A program made the position numbers and the translations under genes. The notes under the pieces were generated by a model. It was not told where the DNA came from, searched no databases, and was given only the letters and a program-made list of their open reading frames with translations. From Candidatus Omnitrophota bacterium (GTDB taxonomy: Bacteria; Omnitrophota; Omnitrophia; Omnitrophales; Aquincolibacteriaceae): DNA of 64,000 bases. Of this stretch, positions 37,360-47,010 are shown one piece after another. The DNA lies in contig JAUYMS010000042.1 of assembly GCA_030698625.1 (NCBI GenBank), positions 160,423 to 224,422 on the forward strand. The letters are read 5' to 3'. Numbering within the stretch: position 1 is the first letter of the stretch; each line of letters begins with the position of its first letter.

Positions 37360-38018
37360 ATCGTCTCCTCTCCTTTGAAATACAGGACTACGTTCTTATG
37401 AGGAAATTCAGTCTGCCAGCCGAGCCACTCGGCGATCCAAAGAAACGTCTTTCTCTCGTAGAAACACACGTGGGTCGGCTCACTTTGATACCACCATTTC
37501 CCGAAATCGGTTTCATCATCCAGCATCTCAGTCATCACCGCAAGGTGACTTCCATCGGGTTTCAACAGACGATTCAGCAGCAAGAACTCGTTTCGCGGTG
37601 AGTAAAAATGCTCTACGACCTCCGTGCAGGTAATAAAATCGTAAGATGTTTCGAGTGGTTTCTTGTCTGGGAAATAAAAAGGGTCATAAACCTCGACGGT
37701 CATCCCCGCACCCTCGAGCATCTTTCCCAATGCGGGTCCGGGCCCGCATCCGAAATCAAGACCTCTGAAACCCGGTTTAAGTTTTTCGCGGAGAGGATCC
37801 AGCAACTTATTGATAAAATTCCGATAGCCGGAATCCGCGGGATCATTTTCGTGCAGGTCATATCGAGCTTTCTCGTCCTTCTCTTTGAGACGGCAAACAA
37901 CATCAAGAAACACCAAACTACAATGCGGGCATTTCCAGTAAGCCTTTTTCCCATGATGGGGATCGGTCTTCTCCCAACACAGATCGGGACTGTCGCTGTT
38001 GCAAAGGAGACAATGCAT
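37344..38018 (-). CDS. Class I SAM-dependent methyltransferase with an N-terminal Cys4 zinc ribbon (RlmA-like architecture)
   Basis: CLLCN...CPHC zinc ribbon. LDFGCGPG motif I. D/E acidic motif II. Confidence 0.65.
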   Translation of the reverse strand: MHCLLCNSDSPDLCWEKTDPHHGKKAYWKCPHCSLVFLDVVCRLKEKDEKARYDLHENDPADSGYRNFINKLLDPLREKLKPGFRGLDFGCGPGPALGKMLEGAGMTVEVYDPFYFPDKKPLETSYDFITCTEVVEHFYSPRNEFLLLNRLLKPDGSHLAVMTEMLDDETDFGKWWYQSEPTHVCFYERKTFLWIAEWLGWQTEFPHKNVVLYFKGEETICDSL

Positions 38019-38021
38019 CGT

Positions 38022-39683
38022 TTAATCGGGACTCAAAGGGTTGGCCATCCCGGAGGGCGGGCTCTTGAATACCGTGCATAATGCCGCACCTCCTGCCCGA
38101 GCCTCACAAAAACCCGATGCCGGCGGCCAGCCCCCTCTTTGCAGCACGGACGGCTCCCAGCGCGACGGCAGCATAATATAGTAATCAAGCGGAACATTCA
38201 GGCCGCGCCTGATGGCAGGTTTATACGGAATAAATCTGTTCCCCAATTCCCTTTTGAGGTAATAGAAACTCGACATCATGCTGCCATCGGCATGCACCGC
38301 TATCGGGCGCGTCATACCCGATTCGCGATAGTGGTCCGCTAAGCACTCCGAGCATGCCCTCAAACTGTTCCCCCAGTAATCGGTTTCATAATAGCCGACC
38401 GCCCCTTTCACATCGCCGACGAGGGCATTGAAATACGTTGCCTGGTACGGGTGATTACGCATCATCCATGCCACGGGTTCCAGGCAGAGAATTCCCAGAA
38501 AAACACAAAGGGCAATTTTGAGATTACGGGTCTTAAGGATTTCAAATAGTCGATCCCATGCCGCCGCAATAAGAACCACCAGCGGCGGGTAGATAAAAAG
38601 CACATGCCTCCAGCCATTATAGAGTTGAGATTTCTGGACTATGATCCAGACCACCGGAAAGACGGACCCGACGAGCAGTACTGTGAGCGAAGTCGGCTTC
38701 AAGTGTTTGAACATATGAATCAATACGGCACCGAGTAGAATGAGCCCAAGCAAAATAAGGATCGGGCTTGAGATCGCAATCCACTTGGGTATGTAGTACC
38801 ACGGGATTTCTGAGGCGAGTATCTTCCTGCCTTCAAACAAAAGGGTATCGCCCGCATTCGTAAAGTGAGCCATTTTTTGCATCGCAAGCCAGGGATGAAT
38901 CAACGGCGACACTAAACCGTAGGGCCAGAAAAGCAGCCCCCCGAAATAGCCGCCGGTGGTAACAGCGCCCAGCACCACGAAACATCGCGGCCATGACACC
39001 TCGCGCCTATACTTGTAACAGCTCCACAAACCGAATACCCATAGGTAAGCCAGCAAGAGAACGCCGCCAATCCGGACACCCAGGGTTACCGCAATAGCAA
39101 CGGCCAAGCCAACCGAGGTTGAAATCCTGGGTCGCGGAAATTGATCTGTGAATTTTATCAGGAGATACAAAAATAGCATGTACCCCATGGCAAATGGGAT
39201 GTCTTTGGGATTATTCATCGCATGCCCCAAAAAGCGCGGTGAAATCGCCAGAAATATCATCGCAAAAAATCCTGCACGCCAGCCCGCAAGGTGTCTTGCC
39301 GCCAAACCCGCGAACAGGATGGCCAAAAAGCCGAACAGCGCATTGATACAATGGCGCGTTTCAAAAATCCACGCCACGGCAAGGTCATCCTGCAACTGCA
39401 GCTGAGCAACCGCATGAATCGAATCAAAGACCGCGCCGTAGATAACGGTGGCGACAACATCAAAGAAGCCGCCGTAAAGATATAGATCCTTAAAACCCAT
39501 AACCTCCCGATCGGCTCCGCCGCTTAAGAAAAACCGCAGAACCAACCGACCGTAATAGGACTGCGCCCAGTCGTCCCAAGTAATACCGAAGTCCAGGCTT
39601 AAAAGGGGCATGGCAACGGCGAGCAGGCCTGCCACCGCGATAAAGGCCAGGGCATAGGGGCGCGGTTTTGCAGAAAGGTTCAT
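38022..39683 (-). CDS. Polytopic membrane GT-C-fold glycosyltransferase (PMT/ArnT-like), putative
   Basis: About 550 aa with at least 10 TM segments and a C-terminal soluble domain. Start chosen at MNLSAKPRPYALAFIAVAGL, adjacent to the dedA stop. Confidence 0.5.
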   Translation of the reverse strand: MNLSAKPRPYALAFIAVAGLLAVAMPLLSLDFGITWDDWAQSYYGRLVLRFFLSGGADREVMGFKDLYLYGGFFDVVATVIYGAVFDSIHAVAQLQLQDDLAVAWIFETRHCINALFGFLAILFAGLAARHLAGWRAGFFAMIFLAISPRFLGHAMNNPKDIPFAMGYMLFLYLLIKFTDQFPRPRISTSVGLAVAIAVTLGVRIGGVLLLAYLWVFGLWSCYKYRREVSWPRCFVVLGAVTTGGYFGGLLFWPYGLVSPLIHPWLAMQKMAHFTNAGDTLLFEGRKILASEIPWYYIPKWIAISSPILILLGLILLGAVLIHMFKHLKPTSLTVLLVGSVFPVVWIIVQKSQLYNGWRHVLFIYPPLVVLIAAAWDRLFEILKTRNLKIALCVFLGILCLEPVAWMMRNHPYQATYFNALVGDVKGAVGYYETDYWGNSLRACSECLADHYRESGMTRPIAVHADGSMMSSFYYLKRELGNRFIPYKPAIRRGLNVPLDYYIMLPSRWEPSVLQRGGWPPASGFCEARAGGAALCTVFKSPPSGMANPLSPD

Positions 39684-40378
39684 TTGCTCATATCCCGGCT
39701 CAAGGCATTTCGGGCAATGCGCCTTAGGTAAAGAACCAATATAATCGCCGCAACCATCCCGCCGATGAGAAGCGCCCACTCCAGAGGAGTCCGCTGGCGG
39801 CCCTGCGCATTCATGGCGGCAAGACTTCCGGTAATCGACCCCAAGTAGACGTAAACTGCGGCTGAGGGAATAGACCCGATGACTGTGGCCAGAAAATAAT
39901 GAAATGCCGGAATTCGAGTGAGGCCGATGATATAGTTTCCGATCAGAAAGGGGAAAATGGGGGTGAGACGGGCAAGTAAAACAACACGCCAGCCTTTCTT
40001 TTCAATTGTCTTATCCATTAGCTCAAACTTTTCGTTCCTCGCGTAGATACGCTCGACCCATCCGCGCGCCAGATATCGGCCGGTCAAGAGCGCCGCTGTA
40101 GATCCTATGCCATGGGCCAGCAGACTAAAGGCCAATCCTTTGAGAACGCCAAAGAGAATGCCCGCCGAAAAGGTAAAAACAAATGAAGGAACAAAAAAGA
40201 TACAGGTAAGGATATAGACGCCCATAAACACGACCGGCCCCCAAGGGCCGAAGTCATCAATCCAGTCCAGGACCTTGGGCAAAATTCCCTGCGTGTTAAG
40301 GTAATAGGCCAAGCTAAGGAGTATGGCCAGGATCATCAAACGAATCCAAAACCGCTGCCCCTTACTTAAAATTGCCAT
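39680..40378 (-). CDS. DedA/TVP38/TMEM64 family membrane protein
   Basis: FVPSFVFTFSAGILFG...LARLTPIFPF...NYIIGLT, hallmarks of the SNARE-associated/DedA family. Confidence 0.8.
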   Translation of the reverse strand: MAILSKGQRFWIRLMILAILLSLAYYLNTQGILPKVLDWIDDFGPWGPVVFMGVYILTCIFFVPSFVFTFSAGILFGVLKGLAFSLLAHGIGSTAALLTGRYLARGWVERIYARNEKFELMDKTIEKKGWRVVLLARLTPIFPFLIGNYIIGLTRIPAFHYFLATVIGSIPSAAVYVYLGSITGSLAAMNAQGRQRTPLEWALLIGGMVAAIILVLYLRRIARNALSRDMSK

Positions 40379-40390
40379 CAGATTCCCCTC

Positions 40391-41440
40391 TCAGACATTT
40401 ATCTGAGTCGGTTGCGGCTGCTTTTCAAAGAGATAATGGGCCACATACCACTCCGCCCCCTCGTGATATCCAAAAAGTTCCGCACAAGCCATAAAAAATA
40501 CACGCCAATAAGCCCACCACTTCTTTGCCTCTTTTCCGTAAGTCTGCTGAAAAAGGGGTTCTATTTCCCGTCTGCACGAATCCATTTTCTCGAGCCACGC
40601 CTTACAGGTCTTTTCGTAATGACTGCCCGAGACCTGCCAAAGGTCTCGCAAGCGGACATCCTCCTGAAACTCCAGGAACAAGTCTTCCGAAGGCATGGTG
40701 CCTCCCGTAAAGAAGTGTCGGGCCATCCAATTGCCGTCGTCTTCCATAGGGTAGAGATAAGGAAATGTCTTATGACAAAAAACATGGACAAAAAGCAGTC
40801 CGTCGTTCTTCAACCATGAGGATACCTTATGAAACAGTTGTTCGTAGTTGCGCATATGCTCGAACATCTCAATCGAGAAAATTCGGTCATATTCGCAGTC
40901 ACTTGAAAACGTATTCATATCGGCAGTGATGATCTTAACATTCTTAAGGTTTCGCCGCTTCGCTTCCGTTTCAATCCACATCTTTTGGGTACGGGAATTG
41001 GATACTCCCGTAATGCAGCTGTCGGGGAATTTTTCGGCAAGGAACAGGGTCAGTGAGCCCCAACCACAGCCGAGGTCCAGAATGTCATAGCCATCCTTTA
41101 TCCGGGCACGGTCAGCACAGAGACCGAGCATCGCTTCCTCGGACGCATCGAGATCAACATCCCCTTCCTCCCAGTAACCGCAGCTGTATTTCAACCTCCC
41201 GCCCAAGACAAGTCTAAAAAATTCAGCCGGCACTTCGTAGTGCTGCGCATTGGCCTCGGCGGTCGCTATGGCGATAGGGCTATGTCTTAGTTCATCAAGA
41301 AGGGTGGAACGGCGGTCGAGTTGGGCGGGGACTCCCCCCAGTGATTCCTGCCGCAACTTTTCCCTAAGTTGTCTTCGTATGCCGATGCGAATCAGAAAAT
41401 CAGGGATGAATCCATGTGTGAGAAGGCCTTCATACCACAT
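40391..41440 (-). CDS. Cyclopropane-fatty-acyl-phospholipid synthase family SAM methyltransferase
   Basis: LDLGCGWGSL...FSIEMFEHM...CRREIE, typical of the CFA/mycolic-acid synthase family. Confidence 0.85.
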   Translation of the reverse strand: MWYEGLLTHGFIPDFLIRIGIRRQLREKLRQESLGGVPAQLDRRSTLLDELRHSPIAIATAEANAQHYEVPAEFFRLVLGGRLKYSCGYWEEGDVDLDASEEAMLGLCADRARIKDGYDILDLGCGWGSLTLFLAEKFPDSCITGVSNSRTQKMWIETEAKRRNLKNVKIITADMNTFSSDCEYDRIFSIEMFEHMRNYEQLFHKVSSWLKNDGLLFVHVFCHKTFPYLYPMEDDGNWMARHFFTGGTMPSEDLFLEFQEDVRLRDLWQVSGSHYEKTCKAWLEKMDSCRREIEPLFQQTYGKEAKKWWAYWRVFFMACAELFGYHEGAEWYVAHYLFEKQPQPTQINV

Positions 41441-41443
41441 GGG

Positions 41444-42304
41444 TCAGGCCTTCGAGGCTGAAGCGGGGTCTTCGTCTCTGGGAAACCACGGAATAAACAT
41501 GTTGGTCGATCTTTGATAACGAAGATACTCATCTCCCCTCGACCGAATAGCTTGTTCCTCTGCCTTCGGAATACCGGTTACATTAAAGAGGAAGTGCAGA
41601 ATAAGTGCGGGGCAGGCAATAACCAGGATGCCGAACGGAGATCCCAAAGAATAGATAAATAAGGCGCACCAGATAAGAAATTCAAAGAAATAGTTCGGAT
41701 GACGCGAATAGAACCACAACCCTTCGCGACACGTCTTCCCTTTGTTTTCAGGATTCGATTTGAAATTCTCGAGCTGCAAGTCGGCAATGCTCTCTCCCGC
41801 GAAGGCCGCCACCCACAGGACAAAACCGAGGCCCTCAAAAAACACAAGCCCCGGACGCACATTATGCGAGGCGATAATAAAAGGAAGCGATAAAAGCGCC
41901 GCCACGGCACCCTGAAGGAGAAAAAAGATAAGCAGTTTCCTTTCTTTCTCTTCACCCCATTTATTTAAAAGCTCCGCGTATCGCGGGTCCTCACCTTTTC
42001 CGGCGACTCGCTTAAATAAGATAAAAAAACCCAATCGCATCCCCCAAAAAACCCCCATAACCGTAACAAAAAACCTGCGCCACTCATAACCCTCGCCCAA
42101 AGTGCCAAAAAAAATCGCCAGAAGGGCTATGAGACCGGCCCATACAGGGTCGACGATACTCGCCTTCTTGATGCGCACCGAGACAAACCACAACGCTGCC
42201 ATTATAGGGAGCGTAATAAACAGAGCCTGGATCAGACCACCAATAGCAAATCCCACTTTGACCTCCTTATCCCTTAGGACTGGCTTGTGAAAGCAGCTTG
42301 TCAC
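41444..42304 (-). CDS. DUF1295 / steroid-5-alpha-reductase-like (ICMT-fold) membrane protein
   Basis: Multi-TM. C-terminal GLWFYSRHPNYFFEFLIW, the signature of the DUF1295 / 3-oxo-5-alpha-steroid 4-dehydrogenase family. Confidence 0.65.
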   Translation of the reverse strand: MTSCFHKPVLRDKEVKVGFAIGGLIQALFITLPIMAALWFVSVRIKKASIVDPVWAGLIALLAIFFGTLGEGYEWRRFFVTVMGVFWGMRLGFFILFKRVAGKGEDPRYAELLNKWGEEKERKLLIFFLLQGAVAALLSLPFIIASHNVRPGLVFFEGLGFVLWVAAFAGESIADLQLENFKSNPENKGKTCREGLWFYSRHPNYFFEFLIWCALFIYSLGSPFGILVIACPALILHFLFNVTGIPKAEEQAIRSRGDEYLRYQRSTNMFIPWFPRDEDPASASKA

Positions 42305-43727
42305 GCAACTTACCGCTCAAGGCCCATTCAGACACCCAGATGCCGAAATAGGCACGCGCAAAATCTTCGCCCGGGACTATCGCCTTTTCCACGCCGTTTA
42401 AGAGCAGCGAGGTTCCGCGTTCCGGTTCATAGCGCAATTCATAGCGATCGCCCTTTTCGACATCCTCATAGGCATCATTAATGATTCGAAGACGGTCTCG
42501 AATTGCCTGCAGGTTGACGGTAGGGTTCTTTCCAAGCGCCCGGTCGGCTGCCTTTACAAATTGCGGCTGTTTTAAACCGCGATGGTATTCAATAACTAGC
42601 GACATAGGTACTTCTCCGAGGACCTGATCCTGTGCGGCCACATCCGCAGGAAGATATAAAGCCGCGGTATACACGTCCAACGTGAGAAACTCCAGTAATC
42701 CTATTCCCCGCAACGGCAAGGCATTGCCGGCTACGGCTGTCGTGCTTTCAAAGCAAGAGTTATTAAGACACTGCCCTTCGGCAGCGGAAGCGGCAAAAAC
42801 CTGTGCGGGTGTAAGTAGAACCATGAGAACCAGCGCCGCTGCGATTGCATGCTTGGATACCGCCCGCGCTTCCTCATAGATATCCTGTGGCGGCCTTCTC
42901 AGATCCCAAACAACCCCTATCCACGATAGGGCCGTCAACACATAATGGGTCACGTCAATCTCCCACCAATAAAATCCCTGCCGTTCCGAAGACGGGCATC
43001 TGTGATGATTATTGTGCCAGCCCTCGCCCATCGTTAAAAGGGCAACCCAGATATTATTACGACCATCATCTTTATTCGCAAAACGTTTTGATCCAAACAA
43101 ATGGCTGAAAGAATTCACCGCAAAGGTCACGTGGAAAAGAAAGACCGTACTGATAAAAAATCCCCAGACGATTACCTGACCAGCCGTTAATCCGATATCC
43201 GGCGCAAAACGTTCGAGACAAATTCCGAGAACTGCCACTACGGAAAAAAAGAATAAGGCCGGGATTTTTTGATTGCGATTCAGATACCGCAGTTCCGGGT
43301 ATACCGCAAAGTCGGCCACGTGAGGGTCGGGATGAAGGTTTGCGTGCTTCTTTGTCATGAACCATCCCACATGGGACCAGAAGAAACCATGAATGATGGG
43401 CGAATGCGGATCCAGTTCGGTATCCGCATAGCGATGATGATTCCGATGATGCGCGGCCCACCACAGAGCATCCTTCTGCAAGGAACAGGCTCCGAGAAAA
43501 GCCAGTATAAACTGGAATATCCGTGATGTTTTAAACGAGCGATGTGAGAAATACCGATGATAACCCGCCGTTAGCCCGAACATCCGCGGTAGCAGGGTTA
43601 CCAGAAATACAACGATAGCCGCACCGCTCATACCCGTAACAAAGGCAAGCAGACACCCCGCGTGCATCAACACAAAAGGGACATTTCCCCAAAACTCAAT
43701 AGTCTCCTCTTTCGGCCGGGGACTCAA
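42267..43727 (-). CDS. Membrane fatty-acid desaturase (stearoyl-CoA-desaturase type His boxes) fused to a C-terminal chalcone-isomerase-like domain
   Basis: HRYFSH, HRNHHRY and HNNHH boxes in the first ~280 aa. The last ~190 aa have no TM segments (LGEVPMSLVIEYHRGL...). Confidence 0.7.
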   Translation of the reverse strand: MSPRPKEETIEFWGNVPFVLMHAGCLLAFVTGMSGAAIVVFLVTLLPRMFGLTAGYHRYFSHRSFKTSRIFQFILAFLGACSLQKDALWWAAHHRNHHRYADTELDPHSPIIHGFFWSHVGWFMTKKHANLHPDPHVADFAVYPELRYLNRNQKIPALFFFSVVAVLGICLERFAPDIGLTAGQVIVWGFFISTVFLFHVTFAVNSFSHLFGSKRFANKDDGRNNIWVALLTMGEGWHNNHHRCPSSERQGFYWWEIDVTHYVLTALSWIGVVWDLRRPPQDIYEEARAVSKHAIAAALVLMVLLTPAQVFAASAAEGQCLNNSCFESTTAVAGNALPLRGIGLLEFLTLDVYTAALYLPADVAAQDQVLGEVPMSLVIEYHRGLKQPQFVKAADRALGKNPTVNLQAIRDRLRIINDAYEDVEKGDRYELRYEPERGTSLLLNGVEKAIVPGEDFARAYFGIWVSEWALSGKLRDKLLSQASPKG

Positions 43728-45739
43728 ATGGGTAGCGATTCCACGCGCACTGCTGCTTCCGGTTTCCTGTCTAAGGAGCGGTTACCGGTTCGCGATAGTA
43801 CCAACTGAAGATCGTTCAAGTGCCTCGCTTCGAATGCGGCCTCGCAATATGAAAAATAATACTGCCACACCCGCAGGGTCTTACGGGAGAAACCGAGCGC
43901 CTCCGCCTGTGTCTTTTGTTCCAGCAAGCGCTCCCGCCACAGGGCAAGTGTCCGCGCGTAATGGGGGCCTATATTATCCAACTCTTCGACATAAAAGGAA
44001 GAAGATTGAGTCATTGCTCGGCAGAGCGCTGAAAGCGACGGGAGATGTCCCCCGGGGAAAATATACTTTTGAATCCAGTCGCAACCCCTCCTGTAGGAAT
44101 CGTAACGCTGATCGGGGATGGTAATCACCTGGAGCACCACAACGCCGTCGGGTTTGAGCAACTCGTCGAAGCGCTTAAATAATTTGCCTAAATGCTCCCG
44201 GCCTACGGCTTCCAACATTTCAATGGATACAATGCGGTCAAACTTGCCCCGGACATGCCGGTAGTCGCAGAGTTGAATATCAATGCGGTCGCTGTACCCG
44301 GCCTCGTCAATCCGTTTGCGCGCAAACGCGAGCTGTTCTTTGGAGAGGGTGATTCCCGTAACCCGGCACCCGGTCGTGCGTACCGCCTCAATAGCAAAGG
44401 CACCCCATCCGCATCCGATCTCAAGCACGTGATCTTGCTCTGAGATCCTTGCCTTTCGCAAGATAGACCGAATTTTATTTTTCTGGGCCGCAGCCAAGTC
44501 CCCCCCCTCTTTTTCGAATTGACCGCAAGAATACGTCATGCTCTTATCCAGAAAGAGCTCATAGAAATTATTGCTTAAATCATAATGCGCTTCAATGTTT
44601 CTTTTACTACCTCGAACGGTATTTCCATGCCTCAAATGCCGCCAGCGATTAAGCCTTGCGCCGAGCTCCTCCAGGAGGGAGACCTTCCTCTCAAGATAAG
44701 GTTTATTATCAACCAGCAGTCCAATCACCGCCGTCACGTCGGATGAGTCCCAATCCTGTTCTACATACCCTTCACCAAAACCGATGCCGCCATCCCGCAC
44801 AATACGGCAGAAAAAATTATAGTCCCGGATTCGAATAACCGCTTTCTTGCCCGCTTCACTGCCGCCCCATGTTTCCGAGCGGCCATCCGGGTACGTAAGC
44901 GTAAGGGATCCTCGCCTGATCTTCGAAAGATAGCGTAGAACAATTCGCATAGCAATACGCTGTAAAAAGTTGGGGAGCGCGGTTCGTATGGTCATAGGGT
45001 TATCTACCGGGGGTTTCTTGAACACACTAATTTTTTTACCGTAAAAAAGTTTGGCCGCCTGGATATGGATGCGTGGTAACGTCATGACGGCCGTCATCGG
45101 GTAGCGGAGGAGAGTCCCGACAAGATTTGCCGTCGTAATTGGGACGGCGTTCCCCCACCAGCGTGAAACCAATGCAGCGTGTCCCTCTCGAAACAAGTTG
45201 ACCTGAAGATCTGCCTCAGCGCCCAACGACGAGAGTTTAAATTCGTACTCTCCCGCCCTGTCAAAGAAGGGCGAGACGTGGAAAACCTTTGGCGCTCGGT
45301 AATGGCCGTCTTTGGCCGAAAAATTATCCTTTAAGATATAGAGGTGTGTCTCGCCAAACGTATTGCTCACTTCGGCAACGGCACAGCCTAACTTTCCGCC
45401 TGAAGTATAGCAATAATAGAAACTTGCCGGGTTAAAAATCGTTCCCAGAAAACGGGCACAGGTGACAAGTTCTACGCGGGCAATACCTCGCGCACAATCA
45501 TGCGCTTCGAGAAATCGGAGCAGTTTCTCTTTTGTAGTACCCGGCCCTCGGTCAAGATAGTCTTTATCGTAAAGAGACACAACGCCGAAGTGATTATAGG
45601 AAAATAGCCGCACGCCCTCAGCGAGAATCGGCAGTTCGTCTAGATCGAACACGTAGAAATAGCTGGGGTACTCAAACTTATGCTGCACCGGTTGTAGACG
45701 CGCATGCATCAAAGTACCGCGATAGATGCGTGAGTTCAT
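43724..45739 (-). CDS. DUF1365 N-terminal domain fused to a cyclopropane-fatty-acyl-phospholipid-synthase-like C-terminal domain
   Basis: N-terminus YRGTLMHARLQPVQHKFEYP... is DUF1365-like. The C-terminus has LEIGCGWGAF...SIEMLEAVG, the CFAS motifs. Confidence 0.75.
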   Translation of the reverse strand: MNSRIYRGTLMHARLQPVQHKFEYPSYFYVFDLDELPILAEGVRLFSYNHFGVVSLYDKDYLDRGPGTTKEKLLRFLEAHDCARGIARVELVTCARFLGTIFNPASFYYCYTSGGKLGCAVAEVSNTFGETHLYILKDNFSAKDGHYRAPKVFHVSPFFDRAGEYEFKLSSLGAEADLQVNLFREGHAALVSRWWGNAVPITTANLVGTLLRYPMTAVMTLPRIHIQAAKLFYGKKISVFKKPPVDNPMTIRTALPNFLQRIAMRIVLRYLSKIRRGSLTLTYPDGRSETWGGSEAGKKAVIRIRDYNFFCRIVRDGGIGFGEGYVEQDWDSSDVTAVIGLLVDNKPYLERKVSLLEELGARLNRWRHLRHGNTVRGSKRNIEAHYDLSNNFYELFLDKSMTYSCGQFEKEGGDLAAAQKNKIRSILRKARISEQDHVLEIGCGWGAFAIEAVRTTGCRVTGITLSKEQLAFARKRIDEAGYSDRIDIQLCDYRHVRGKFDRIVSIEMLEAVGREHLGKLFKRFDELLKPDGVVVLQVITIPDQRYDSYRRGCDWIQKYIFPGGHLPSLSALCRAMTQSSSFYVEELDNIGPHYARTLALWRERLLEQKTQAEALGFSRKTLRVWQYYFSYCEAAFEARHLNDLQLVLSRTGNRSLDRKPEAAVRVESLPI

Positions 45740-47010
45740 AAGCTAACCCCGAAGTGTTCCGCGACACGCACCCCTGACAGGACTGCATCTTCATGAAATC
45801 CATAGCCAAAATAACTCCCGCAAAAAAAAGTTCGCGCTGCTCCATTTAGAACAGAGAGCTCGTCTTGGGTGCGAACCGAATCATTCGTATAACAGGGATG
45901 CTCATAATCGATTCTTCGCAGGACCCTTTCTTCCGCCAGGGCATCGTGGCGATTGAGCGACACAAAATAGGGATTGATCGTTTGTAAATTCTGAAGACGA
46001 TTCATGTGATACGTCAGCGAAACGGGCGCTCCCGGCAATTCGTCCTCACGAATATAGTTCCAAGAGGCCCACGCGCGAGGCGCTTTGGGCATAGCGCTGA
46101 CGTCAGAGTGCAGAACCGCCTGATTTTTCGTATAACGCCACGCCCCCAAAAGTCGCCTTTCGTCCCGCGACGGATCGGCCAGTACATTCAAGGCCTCATC
46201 GGCATGCATTGCAATGACAACATAATCATAGGCATTTTCCGCTTTTCCGTCTACGGCAACATAAACCTTGTCGAGCGCCCTACGCACGCGAGAGACATTC
46301 GCATTCGTGTACATCCTCCCCGAAAATTGCTCGCGAACAGCTCGCACATACGTGTGGCTTCCCCCGGGTACGTACATCCAGCGGGGCCTTTCCTTAAGCG
46401 CCAGTAAACCGTGATTGTCAAAAAAACGGAGGAAGGTTTCTGCGGGAAAATCCAACATCTCATCGCAAGGTGTTGACCAGATCGCGGCACCCATCGGAAT
46501 GAGATACCAGTCCATAAACTGCTTCGAAAAGTTTCCCTTTTCCAGGTAGGTCCCCAACGTGGTCCGTCCGAGCAGCCCGGCCTTCAAATCGCGCTGAGAC
46601 TCAGAATTAAAGCGAAGGATATCGGCAATCATGCGGTAAAAAGACGGGCGCAGCATATTGCGCTTCTGGGCAAAAAGACCGTTCGGGACATAGCTTGAAT
46701 ACTCGATGCCGTCGCGCCTCGAACTAAAACTAAAAGACATATCACTCGGACTGCCCGTAATCCCCAAGCGGGACAGAAAACGTATAAATGTAGGGTAATT
46801 GCGATCATTATAGACAATGAACCCCGTATCAACAGGGGTCCCGGCATCGGGACCATGCTCGATGACGATCGTATTGGTGTGCCCTCCAAGGTACGCGTTT
46901 TTTTCATAGAGCGTTACGTCGTAACGCTGTCCCAGTAAGTGGGCCGCCGCAAGGCCCGCAGCCCCCGTGCCCGCAATTGCGATTTTTGCATCTGCGCGGT
47001 ACTCAGGCAT
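45736..47010 (-). CDS. FAD/NAD(P)-binding amine-oxidase-like oxidoreductase (the partner usually found in CFAS/DUF1365 clusters)
   Basis: N-terminal IAIAGTGAAGLAAAHLL...YEKNAYLGGH dinucleotide-binding motif. Confidence 0.75.
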   Translation of the reverse strand: MPEYRADAKIAIAGTGAAGLAAAHLLGQRYDVTLYEKNAYLGGHTNTIVIEHGPDAGTPVDTGFIVYNDRNYPTFIRFLSRLGITGSPSDMSFSFSSRRDGIEYSSYVPNGLFAQKRNMLRPSFYRMIADILRFNSESQRDLKAGLLGRTTLGTYLEKGNFSKQFMDWYLIPMGAAIWSTPCDEMLDFPAETFLRFFDNHGLLALKERPRWMYVPGGSHTYVRAVREQFSGRMYTNANVSRVRRALDKVYVAVDGKAENAYDYVVIAMHADEALNVLADPSRDERRLLGAWRYTKNQAVLHSDVSAMPKAPRAWASWNYIREDELPGAPVSLTYHMNRLQNLQTINPYFVSLNRHDALAEERVLRRIDYEHPCYTNDSVRTQDELSVLNGAARTFFCGSYFGYGFHEDAVLSGVRVAEHFGVSL

